Shown: positions 17,084 through 25,059 of the stretch, piece by piece | Numbering within the stretch: position 1 is the first letter of the stretch | How the letters are laid out: every line of letters begins with the position of its first letter | From: an archaeon GW2011_AR10 | Lineage (GTDB): Archaea; Iainarchaeota; Iainarchaeia; Iainarchaeales; GW2011-AR10 | Reading direction: 5' to 3' | Assembly: GCA_000830275.1 (NCBI GenBank) | Contig: CP010424.1 | Span: forward strand, 510,001-542,000 | DNA: 32,000 nt | Program-made: the position numbers and the translations under genes | Notes under the pieces: generated by a model | What the model saw: only the letters and a program-made list of their open reading frames with translations | Database searches by the model: none | What the model was told of the DNA's origin: nothing

Positions 17084-17740
17084 CAGCTCTGTGAGAATCA
17101 CTTTCGGCATCCTAGAAACAGGGAAAACCTCGCTTGGAGCAGGAAAATGCTGCACTGGAACCTCTTTAACCTTAAACCCTTTCCTGAATGCCCTTATTGC
17201 AAGCTCTGCATTGCTTGCATAGGTAAGGGTCCCAACATCCTGAGAAACCTGTTGCACGAGCTTTTTCCGCATTACCCTGAAACCGCAGTTTGAATCCTTA
17301 AGCCATAACCCAAACATTGCCCCAATCAAAAAGTTGTTGAACCTCGAAATAAAGAAACGGTAGAATGGCTTTCTGTTCTCCTTGAAGCCAATAACAATGT
17401 CAGCATTTTCAAGTTCAATGTAGAGTTTCCAGAAGTCTTTTGGGGAGTGCTCTCCATCAGAATCAGAGAAGAAAATTACGTCGTTTTTTGGGAGTTTTAA
17501 CGCGTCCTTTACTGCTTTCGTGTAGCCTTTCCTTTTTTTTCCTGACACAAGCCTTATTGGATACTTTTTTGAGAGTTCAGCAAGCGCTTCTTTGGTGCCA
17601 TCAGTGCTGCCATCCTCCGCTACAATGAACTCAGAGCCAGGAAGCTTTTCAATTACCTCCTTGCAATAAGAATCAATTATTTTAGGGATTACTTTTGCCT
17701 GGTTGTAGACGGGCATTACTATTGAAATTTTTTCCTTCAA
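17051..17740 (-). CDS. GT2 polyprenyl-phosphate sugar synthase-like glycosyltransferase
   Basis: ISIVMPVYNQ, VAEDGSTDGT, FSDSDGEH, NCGFRVM. TTG 17740 overlaps the upstream TGA (TTGA) and follows GGAGAGGA. The track start is TTG 17779. Confidence 0.7.
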   Translation of the reverse strand: MKEKISIVMPVYNQAKVIPKIIDSYCKEVIEKLPGSEFIVAEDGSTDGTKEALAELSKKYPIRLVSGKKRKGYTKAVKDALKLPKNDVIFFSDSDGEHSPKDFWKLYIELENADIVIGFKENRKPFYRFFISRFNNFLIGAMFGLWLKDSNCGFRVMRKKLVQQVSQDVGTLTYASNAELAIRAFRKGFKVKEVPVQHFPAPSEVFPVSRMPKVILTELLDLVKLRLQV

Positions 17741-19038
17741 GCAATCCTCTCCGACAAATCCTTTGCGTGCCTGATGCAAGCATCACTGTTAATGTACTGG
17801 AATTCGGCGAACCTGCCGCACAACGGAATTCCAAGTTCTTTTTCAAAGTAACCCCTTATTGCCGCAATGTTTTTCTCGTAATCCAAATCATATACAACGT
17901 AAGCGAACTTGGTTCTGAAAGCCTTAGAGTATATGACATCGCTTTTGTCGATTAGCTGCTGTTTGTCTAGGTATTCCACTACATGCTCAACTAGTTTCTT
18001 GTCCGGTGCCTTGGATACTTCGTCTCCTTCATTGAATGTTATTTCAGCTCCAACAGAAAACAGCCCTTCAGGAGCAGTCATTGGGGAATAGTTTTTTGGG
18101 AAAATAACCCTGTGCCCTTTAAAGGCTGAATCAGGAATGTAAAGCCAGTGCTTGTCTGTTACTTTCCCTTTTTTCATGCCAATGAAAATTGTTACAAGGG
18201 AATTGTACTTTAAAGCAGAAATTGCTTTTGAGATTTTTTCAGGAATTTCTGGAATGGCTTTCTGTAAACCATAAATCGGGAGAGTTGAAACAATTTTGTC
18301 GAACTCTTTTTCCTGCACTCCGTTTGAAACAACCCATTTTCCTTTCCTTTTTTCAACTGATTTAACCTCAAAGTTTTTTGTAACTTTTCCCCTGATTTTT
18401 TCTTCAAGCGCATCAGTTATTGCTTGAAAGCCGCCATTGCGGGGGTAATAGAAGAAAAGCTGGTGCGTATAGCCCTCTGTTTCAATTCCGAGAGAAGCCT
18501 TTATGATGTCTTCTGCAGGAGGCTTTGGAATTCTTGGGTAAACCCAGAAGGTTGCCATCTTTGATGGAGGAAAATTCCAGATTTTTTTGTTGTATGGAAG
18601 CAAGTATTTCTCGGTTATGCCCTTGCCGAACGTTAAATACATCCATTCCTCAAAATTTTTTGGCTCCCTTTTCTCCGCTGAAAACGTTTTGACGAATTCA
18701 TTAAGGCATTCAAAGTTGTCCTCTAAAGGCAAATCGCTTAAGCCGTTCTCAAACGGATACTTTACAAACCTGCCCTTGAACAGCACTTTCGCGTTGCGCT
18801 TGTTCTTAACCTTGTTTTCTCCAAGCAGATCCAGCACGAAATCAAGTATTTCCTTGTCCTTTGAAAAAATTATGTGCGGGCCGTGAGTGTCAAAAGTGAA
18901 TCCCTGCTCTGAAAAAGAACGGCAGAGGCCGCCTGCAACGCTGTCTTTTTCAAGAACCTCAAAACCAATTCCTTTTTTCTGCAGGAAGTAGCCAAGAGCC
19001 AGACCGGTTACGCCTCCTCCAAGAATCCCGATTTTCAA
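17737..19038 (-). CDS. FAD-dependent oxidoreductase, UDP-galactopyranose mutase / amine-oxidase-like
   Basis: N-terminal dinucleotide fold MKIGILGGGVTGLALGYFL..EVLEKDSVAGGLCRS, then YYPRNGGFQAITDAL and C-terminal GRFAEFQYINSDACIRHA, similar to the Glf GR..Y.nMD motif. Confidence 0.5.
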   Translation of the reverse strand: MKIGILGGGVTGLALGYFLQKKGIGFEVLEKDSVAGGLCRSFSEQGFTFDTHGPHIIFSKDKEILDFVLDLLGENKVKNKRNAKVLFKGRFVKYPFENGLSDLPLEDNFECLNEFVKTFSAEKREPKNFEEWMYLTFGKGITEKYLLPYNKKIWNFPPSKMATFWVYPRIPKPPAEDIIKASLGIETEGYTHQLFFYYPRNGGFQAITDALEEKIRGKVTKNFEVKSVEKRKGKWVVSNGVQEKEFDKIVSTLPIYGLQKAIPEIPEKISKAISALKYNSLVTIFIGMKKGKVTDKHWLYIPDSAFKGHRVIFPKNYSPMTAPEGLFSVGAEITFNEGDEVSKAPDKKLVEHVVEYLDKQQLIDKSDVIYSKAFRTKFAYVVYDLDYEKNIAAIRGYFEKELGIPLCGRFAEFQYINSDACIRHAKDLSERIA

Positions 19039-19047
19039 TCAAAACAC

Positions 19048-19653
19048 CTAAGGGAAAAATTTGTTTTTTTTGCCAAGCGAAAGCATTACAAGCGAGCAGA
19101 GCAAGTGCTCTAACAGCAAATGAATTGACTCAACTTTTGCGTAGTTGCCTGAGTTAACCAGCACAAAACTGTCAGCAAGCTTTAATGCTTTCCCGCCATT
19201 AAAGCCGAGTAGCGCGGCAACCCTGCATTTCTTTTTTTTCGCAACCTCAAGCGCCCTCAAAATGTTCGGAGAGTTGCCTGAACCGCTAATGGCAATTACA
19301 AGGTCCTCTTCCTGCGCTAAACCCATTAACTGCTGCGAGAACACATGCTCAAAACCAAGGTCATTGGCCAATGCAGCCATTAAAGGAATGTTGTCGTTCA
19401 GGCACACAACCCTAAAGCGCTTTTCTGCATCACTGCTGAGGTCAACAACAGTGTTTTTGGAGAGGTCAGCTGCAAAATGCGAGGCAGTTGAAGCGCTGCC
19501 GCCGTTGCCGAAAACAAAAACAGTTCCATGTTTCCTGAAAACTGAAACAATTTCTTCTGCCACTTTCAAAATTTGCCGGCTGTCAAGGCCCTCAATTAAC
19601 AGCCCGGTTTCATTCAAGTACTGCTTAATGAATTCATTGTTTTCTTTCGTCAA
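19048..19653 (-). CDS. gmhA: D-sedoheptulose-7-phosphate isomerase (SIS domain)
   Basis: VFVFGNGGSASTASHFAADL and ISGSGNSPNIL are characteristic GmhA motifs. 201 aa. Confidence 0.8.
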   Translation of the reverse strand: MTKENNEFIKQYLNETGLLIEGLDSRQILKVAEEIVSVFRKHGTVFVFGNGGSASTASHFAADLSKNTVVDLSSDAEKRFRVVCLNDNIPLMAALANDLGFEHVFSQQLMGLAQEEDLVIAISGSGNSPNILRALEVAKKKKCRVAALLGFNGGKALKLADSFVLVNSGNYAKVESIHLLLEHLLCSLVMLSLGKKNKFFP

Positions 19654-20620
19654 GAATTATCCTGCTCCCTTCGCTTTCAAACCCAAACTTGAGTTCCTTA
19701 AGATTTAATGTGCCCCTCACTTTTTCTTGGTTTTCTTTTGGTACGAACAGCAGCAGGAAGCCGCCGCCGCCGGCTCCAAGAATTTTTCCGCCTGAAGCCC
19801 CGGCATTCAAGGCAGTTCCATAAAACTTTTCAATTCCTTCATTTGAAATTCCGCTTGCAAGGGTTTTTTTAAGTTTCCAATTCTCATGCAATAGCTCCCC
19901 GACTTTTTCAACAGAATTTTTTTGAAGTGAATTCCGCATTTCAACTGCCAATGCTTTCATCCTTGAAAGTGCTTCAAACTTTTCCCTGCTTAACTCAACG
20001 TTTTTCTTCTGCTCTGAAAGAATTTCGCTTGCTTTCCTTGTCTGGCCAGTGAAAAAAAGCAAAAGGTTTTCCTGAAGCTTTCGCTGCGTGGAACCGCTTA
20101 ATTTAATCGGAGTCACCTTAACGCTTTCATCCGAATTGAATTCAATGAAGCGCAAACCGCCGAAAGCGGCAATGAACTGGTCCTGCTTTCCGATTGGTTC
20201 CCTAACAACACCGATTTCGATTTTGCAGGCATCCTCTGCTAGCTCTTTGGCTGTTTTTCTATTTCCGCGAAAAAAATGCAGCGCGTTCAGCAGCCCAACA
20301 GTAAGCGAGGAGCTTGAGCCAAGGCCAGTGCCCCTGCTTGGAACATCCGCAATTGTTGTTATTTCGACGCCGTTTTTTACACCGCACAAGCGCATTGACT
20401 CCCTTACAAGTTCATGCTTTAATTCGTCAAGCGAGTCCACTATTTCTGTCCTAGAATAAGCAACCCTTATCTTGTCCTCAAAGCTTTTGTTGAGCGTTAC
20501 ATACATGAACTTGTCAATTGCAGCGCTTACAACTGCGCCGGACTCGCGCTTATAGAAAACATCAATGTCGGTTCCTCCGCCTACAAAACTTATCCTGAAA
20601 GGGGTCTTCGAAATAATCAT
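19634..20620 (-). CDS. hddA: GHMP kinase, D-glycero-alpha-D-manno-heptose-7-phosphate kinase-like
   Basis: MIISKTPFRISFVGGGTDIDVFY, the GHMP motif SRGTGLGSSSSLTVGLLNAL, and C-terminal GGKILGAGGGGFLL. Confidence 0.7.
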   Translation of the reverse strand: MIISKTPFRISFVGGGTDIDVFYKRESGAVVSAAIDKFMYVTLNKSFEDKIRVAYSRTEIVDSLDELKHELVRESMRLCGVKNGVEITTIADVPSRGTGLGSSSSLTVGLLNALHFFRGNRKTAKELAEDACKIEIGVVREPIGKQDQFIAAFGGLRFIEFNSDESVKVTPIKLSGSTQRKLQENLLLFFTGQTRKASEILSEQKKNVELSREKFEALSRMKALAVEMRNSLQKNSVEKVGELLHENWKLKKTLASGISNEGIEKFYGTALNAGASGGKILGAGGGGFLLLFVPKENQEKVRGTLNLKELKFGFESEGSRIILDERKQ

Positions 20621-20758
20621 TTTATCGCCTCAAATTAACAAATCTTGCCAAAAAAACATTATTAAAGTACTGCTTCCCAACTATTGGCTGCTGGTTCAGC
20701 TCCCGACTTTTTTTCTGAATGATAACTTTATAATTGACTTTGGGCTATTATTTAATGT

Positions 20759-20974
20759 ATGCGCAGAAAAGCCTATGATTTTGTTGTTTTGATTGAGCAG
20801 GCGTCTGATGGCATGTTTATTGCGAAAGTCCCAGATATTCAGGGCTGTTATACTCAAGGAAAGACAATTTCTCAGGTGTTGGATAGAATTAAAGAGGCTA
20901 TTCAGATTTGTTTGGAAGCTGAAGAATTTGAGTCTCCAAAGACAACGTTTGTTGCTCCTGTTAGGATAAAATGA
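20759..20974 (+). CDS. hicB: HicB-family (UPF0150) antitoxin-like protein with no adjacent HicA
   Basis: YDFVVLIEQASDGMFIAKVPDIQGCYTQGKTISQVLDRIKEAIQICLE matches the HicB N-terminal fold signature. 71 aa. Confidence 0.65.
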   Translation: MRRKAYDFVVLIEQASDGMFIAKVPDIQGCYTQGKTISQVLDRIKEAIQICLEAEEFESPKTTFVAPVRIK

Positions 20975-21048
20975 ATATTTTGGTTTTTTGAAGATTTATT
21001 TTTGCCCATATTCATTTCACCGTTGTAGTGTTAAAAACTCTTTTACTG

Positions 21049-21312
21049 TTAAAAGAATTTTTTGTACCATTTTTCGTATTCTTTGTGGTCTCCGATAAAA
21101 TAAAATTTGACTATTTTTTCATTTTCAAAAATCCTGTAAATTATTCGATTCTGCCCTACTTCACCAACAAAGAAACTCGCTCCTTTTTGCAAGTGCCTTT
21201 TCTGCGGATATTCCAATATTTTTTTTATTTTCTTTGTTGTCCTTTCTTTCATTTCGTTTGATAACCTGTCAAAATAATCTGGCCAATCTTCATCATATAT
21301 TTCAGAGTACAT
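21049..21312 (-). CDS. relE: RelE/ParE-superfamily toxin (archaeal RelE-like)
   Basis: 87 aa. VGEVGQNRIIYRIFENEKIVKFYFIGDHKEYEKW resembles the RelE core (vGdyRiiY...gdHkeY). It starts 6 nt after the stop of the upstream small gene. Confidence 0.65.
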   Translation of the reverse strand: MYSEIYDEDWPDYFDRLSNEMKERTTKKIKKILEYPQKRHLQKGASFFVGEVGQNRIIYRIFENEKIVKFYFIGDHKEYEKWYKKFF

Positions 21313-21318
21313 GAAATA

Positions 21319-21567
21319 TTACTTCAGGTATTTGGCATATTTGCCGAGAGCTTGTTCAGAATTAAGGGTTTTTCTTTTTCCAAGTCTTGCCTGCCTGTCT
21401 AAAAAGTCAAGTTTTCTATTTACAAGCTCAATTTCATTGGTTTCTGCTTGTTCTAAAAACTTGTCTGCTATTTGGGCTTTCTTTTTCAGAAAACTATACT
21501 CTTCTTTTGAAATAATAACTGTGTCTTGTTTTTGCACTTTTTTCACCAAATTAATATAGCCCTTCAA
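21319..21567 (-). CDS. Putative cognate antitoxin of the RelE-like toxin (Phd/YefM-like N-terminus)
   Basis: 82 aa, located immediately upstream of the toxin. DTVIISKEEYSFLKKK resembles the YefM vlmS.eeYesL segment. A/T-rich promoter-like sequence lies directly upstream. Confidence 0.5.
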   Translation of the reverse strand: MKGYINLVKKVQKQDTVIISKEEYSFLKKKAQIADKFLEQAETNEIELVNRKLDFLDRQARLGKRKTLNSEQALGKYAKYLK

Positions 21568-21668
21568 TTATTAAATACTTTTTGTTATACAGTAATCCCG
21601 CCTCCTGGCACTGTTCCACGAGTGCAAATCCTGCTGATTTTATAGAGTATTTATCGGTTTTGCCTGCC

Positions 21669-22358
21669 TTACTTTATAACCTTGGCCAAAGCCTTGAGTT
21701 TTTCTTTCGAGCCCATGTCATAAAATCTCTGTTCGGTGGGAAACGCGAACAAGGCATGGTTCCTTGCAAGCACAGGGAAAACCTCTTCCTCTAAAGAAAA
21801 CTCTTTTTTTTTCGGAAAATAACTAAAGGAATCCTTTTGCAGCACTTGAATGCCTGCATCAACTGCATTCATCGAAGAGCTTCCGGCCTTGTTGTAAGCC
21901 AAAACCTTGTTGCCTTCAACCTGAAGGTTGCTTGCAGCAATTTCCTCAAAACCAATGTAAGCAACAATAACATTTGATTCAATTGAGCGGTAAAATTGAA
22001 TTAGTTCGCGGAAATTTATTGGAAGGAACGTGTCACCGTTAACCAGCAGAAACTCTTCACCAAGTTTTTGCTCTGCATTAAGCAGTGCGCCACCTGTTCC
22101 CAACAATTTTTCCTCAACAGAGTAAGCAATATTAACGCCGAATTTTTTTCCATTCCCAAAATGCGACTCAATTTTTTCGTGGAGGTATGAGCTAAGAAAA
22201 AGAAACTCTGAGAAACCCTGCTTTTTCAGGAACAAAACAAGGTGCTCTAGGAAAGGTTTGCCATTAAGCTCCACCATTGGCTTCGGCACTTTCTCGGTTA
22301 AAGGCCTAAGCCTTGTTCCAAGGCCGCCGCACAAAACCACTGCCTGCATTGCACTCAT
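21669..22358 (-). CDS. hddC: Sugar-1-phosphate nucleotidyltransferase, D-glycero-alpha-D-manno-heptose-1-phosphate guanylyltransferase-like
   Basis: VVLCGGLGTRLRPLTEKVPKPMVELNGKPFLEHL, LGTGGAL, VNGDTF. About 229 aa, as for HddC. The ATG overlaps the upstream stop (ATGA). Confidence 0.6.
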   Translation of the reverse strand: MSAMQAVVLCGGLGTRLRPLTEKVPKPMVELNGKPFLEHLVLFLKKQGFSEFLFLSSYLHEKIESHFGNGKKFGVNIAYSVEEKLLGTGGALLNAEQKLGEEFLLVNGDTFLPINFRELIQFYRSIESNVIVAYIGFEEIAASNLQVEGNKVLAYNKAGSSSMNAVDAGIQVLQKDSFSYFPKKKEFSLEEEVFPVLARNHALFAFPTEQRFYDMGSKEKLKALAKVIK

Positions 22359-23353
22359 TTGAAATCCAGCTCCTTCAGCAGCTCAACAACAGTTCTTTCA
22401 ACAGCCTGCCTGGAGGAAAGCCTTGCATTCCACCCGAGCTTTCCAAGCTGGCTTGCATCAAGGTTCATGAAGGTAACATCGCCTGGCCAGCCGCGCTCAG
22501 TGCCAGTGTACTTTATTTTTGTTTTGCTTAAGCCGGCTTTTTTGAGCACGATTTCAGCAATTTCTTTCACCGAAATGTTGTCTTTGCTTGCAATGTTAAA
22601 CAGGTTCACTTGTTCACGAGAGCTTTCAACTGCAAAAAGCATTGCATCAATCAGCTCATCAGCATAAACATATGATTTTTTTTGTTTGCCATTGCCTAAG
22701 ACAAGAAGCTCATCCCTGTTCTTTTTCAGTTTTTCAATGAAGTCAAATATTACTCCGTGCGTTGCTCTCCTGCCAACAATGTTTGCAAAGCGAAAAATCC
22801 AGCTCCTCCAACCAAAGTTGTGAGCATACGCGGTAATCAATGCCTCAGAAGCAAGCTTGCTTGCAGCGTAAAAAGAAATAGGCTGCATTGGGCCATAGTT
22901 TTCAGGCGTTGGAAAAACTGTCGGTTCACCGTAAACAGCGCTGGTGGAAGAAAACGCAATTTGTTTTACGTTGTTCAAGCGCATTGCCTCAAGCACGTTA
23001 AAAGAGGCAATTGTTCCCTGCTTTAAATCAAGTTCTGGATTTCCCATTCCTGCAAGAATGTCAGGGTTTGCCGAAAGGTGCCAGACAAAGTCATGGCCTT
23101 TCATTTCCTGTTGCAGTCTGCTGAAGTCAAGAAGGTCAGCTTTTACAAAAGAAAAATTTTTTTTTCCATCGCATTTTTCAAGGAACTCTTTCCTTCCAGA
23201 GGAAAGGTTGTCATAAACAGTAACGCTGTTCCCTTCAAGCAGCCTTTCAACCAAATGGCCCCCAATAAAACCAGCGCCGCCGGTTACAAAAAATTTTTTG
23301 GCGGAAGCCGGTTTTTGATAAAAATTTTTCCCAAAAATTTTTTTATTCTTCAT
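22355..23353 (-). CDS. Extended-SDR NAD-dependent nucleotide-sugar epimerase/dehydratase
   Basis: FFVTGGAGFIGGHLVERLL, SSTSAVYGEP, YAASKLASE. ATGA overlap with the upstream UXS gene. Confidence 0.7.
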   Translation of the reverse strand: MKNKKIFGKNFYQKPASAKKFFVTGGAGFIGGHLVERLLEGNSVTVYDNLSSGRKEFLEKCDGKKNFSFVKADLLDFSRLQQEMKGHDFVWHLSANPDILAGMGNPELDLKQGTIASFNVLEAMRLNNVKQIAFSSTSAVYGEPTVFPTPENYGPMQPISFYAASKLASEALITAYAHNFGWRSWIFRFANIVGRRATHGVIFDFIEKLKKNRDELLVLGNGKQKKSYVYADELIDAMLFAVESSREQVNLFNIASKDNISVKEIAEIVLKKAGLSKTKIKYTGTERGWPGDVTFMNLDASQLGKLGWNARLSSRQAVERTVVELLKELDFK

Positions 23354-24288
23354 TTCGCTTCCCTGAAAAAATCAATTGTTTTCTTCAGCCCCAAGTCAAA
23401 TGAAACAGTTGGCTTCCAGCCAAGCTCTTTTACCGCTATAGCAATGTCAGGCTTTCTTCGCTGCGGGTCATCTTTCGGCAATGTCTTGAAAACAATTTCA
23501 GAGCTGCTACCTGTCATCGCAATAATTTTTTTTGCCAAATCAATTACCTTTAGTTCTGTCGGGTTACCGAGGTTTACAGGCATGCTGTAAGTGGATTCCA
23601 TCAACTTCACTAAACCTTTAACCAAGTCATCAACGTAGCAGAAGCTTCTTGTCTGCTGCCCTTTCCCGTAAACTGTCAAAGGCTTTCCGTCAAGGGCTTG
23701 GCTGACAAAATTTGGGATAACCCTTCCGTCATCTGCCTGCATTCTTGGCCCGAAAGTGTTAAAGATGCGGGCAATTCTTACAGGCACTGAAAAGCGCTTT
23801 GAATAGTTCACTGCAAGCGCTTCACCGAAACGCTTTGCCTCGTCATAACAGGAGCGCGGCCCCACAGAGTTAACGTTGCCGTAATAGGATTCTTTTTGCG
23901 GGTGCTCTAAGGGGTCACCGTAAACCTCGCTAGTGGAAGCAAACAAATATTTTGCCTTGCTTGCCCTTGCAAAATCAAGAGTGTTTTTAACTCCAAAAGA
24001 GCCAGCGTAAAGTGTTTCCAAAGGATGCTCGTAGTAGTCTTTCGGTGAAGCGTAAGAGGCAAGGTTATAGAACTGTCCTGCACTGGCTTTTATTTCCAGC
24101 TGCCCGACAATGTCATGCTCAATTAATTCAAAGTTTTTGTTGTAGAGCAAATGCTCAACATTTTTTTTCGAGCCGCTTGAAAGGTTGTCAACGCATACAA
24201 CATTGTTCCCTTGTTTTAGCAGGAACTCGCACAGGTGGCTGCCAATAAACCCTGACCCGCCGGCAACAATAATGCGCTTATTTTCCAT
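23350..24288 (-). CDS. uxs: UDP-glucuronate decarboxylase (UDP-xylose synthase)
   Basis: RIIVAGGSGFIGSHLCEFLL..VVCVDNLSSGSKKN, STSEVYGDPLEHPQKE, YDEAKRFGEAL, RIARIFNTFGPRM..DGRVIPNFVSQAL.GKPLTVYG.GQQTRSFCYVDDLV. ATG 24288 preferred (track start 24321). Confidence 0.8.
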   Translation of the reverse strand: MENKRIIVAGGSGFIGSHLCEFLLKQGNNVVCVDNLSSGSKKNVEHLLYNKNFELIEHDIVGQLEIKASAGQFYNLASYASPKDYYEHPLETLYAGSFGVKNTLDFARASKAKYLFASTSEVYGDPLEHPQKESYYGNVNSVGPRSCYDEAKRFGEALAVNYSKRFSVPVRIARIFNTFGPRMQADDGRVIPNFVSQALDGKPLTVYGKGQQTRSFCYVDDLVKGLVKLMESTYSMPVNLGNPTELKVIDLAKKIIAMTGSSSEIVFKTLPKDDPQRRKPDIAIAVKELGWKPTVSFDLGLKKTIDFFREAK

Positions 24289-25018
24289 TGAATTCCTCTC
24301 TTGCTTTGCCCAATTCCTCAAAGCTCCCTATGTCATACCATTTCTCCTGAAAAACAAACCCAAACATTTGTTTTTTATTTGAAAGGTACTTCACAAAATC
24401 CCCAGAATTATCCGGCTTGTTGCCTGCTTTCAGGTATTTCTCAAGCTCCTCCAAGTCCTCTGCCTTAAAAATATAGCAGGCTGTTGCTGCAAGGCTTGTT
24501 TTTGGCTCTTTTGGTTTTTCCTCAAAGCCAACCAGCTTTTCGGATTCACCCAATTCAACCACCCCGAATTTTCCGGCAATTGCAGCCTTGTCATGGACAT
24601 CCCTTACTGCAACCACCGAAGAATTTTTTTCCTTAAAGAATTCCACGAAACCTTTCAGGCTATACTCAAAAAGGTTGTCCCCGCCAATTACAAGCAAGTT
24701 GTCATGGATTTTTTCCTCTTTGACAGTGAATAAGATATCGCCAACTGCTCCAAGCCTGTCCTCCTCGCTGCTGGTTGCATCATTTATTACGGTTATTGGA
24801 GTTTTTCCCTCAGCTTCCTCCGCCCACTGCTCGAACTCCAAGGCAAACTTGTTGTTCGTTACAATAAAGATTTCTTCAACTTCCTGCACTTCCCGGATTT
24901 TCTCGACTATGTAATCCAGTATTTTTTTTCCCTTGACCTCTAGCAATGCCTTCGGCTTGTTTTTGGTTAAAGGGTAAAGCCTTGTAGCGTAACCGCCACA
25001 CAACACCAATGCCTTCAT
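24278..25018 (-). CDS. Sugar-1-phosphate nucleotidyltransferase (glucose-1-phosphate uridylyl/thymidylyltransferase-like)
   Basis: MKALVLCGGYATRLYPLTKNKPKALLEV, GGDNLF, EKPKEP, WYDIGS. ATG at 25018 preceded by GAAGGGA. The track start is TTG 25033. Confidence 0.7.
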   Translation of the reverse strand: MKALVLCGGYATRLYPLTKNKPKALLEVKGKKILDYIVEKIREVQEVEEIFIVTNNKFALEFEQWAEEAEGKTPITVINDATSSEEDRLGAVGDILFTVKEEKIHDNLLVIGGDNLFEYSLKGFVEFFKEKNSSVVAVRDVHDKAAIAGKFGVVELGESEKLVGFEEKPKEPKTSLAATACYIFKAEDLEELEKYLKAGNKPDNSGDFVKYLSNKKQMFGFVFQEKWYDIGSFEELGKAREEFNGK

Positions 25019-25059
25019 CTCATGTCCCTTCAAAATTTTTCAGCGCAAACCACAAAAAA

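Noticed and set aside
20621-21048. Search for a HicA toxin partner next to HicB
   Set aside because: The flanking 138 nt upstream and 74 nt downstream contain no ORF of HicA size on either strand. HicB is reported as an orphan.
21028-21261. 77-aa Phe-rich plus-strand ORF
   Set aside because: It is antisense to the RelE-like gene. The extreme Phe/Val content simply mirrors the Lys/Glu-rich toxin codons.
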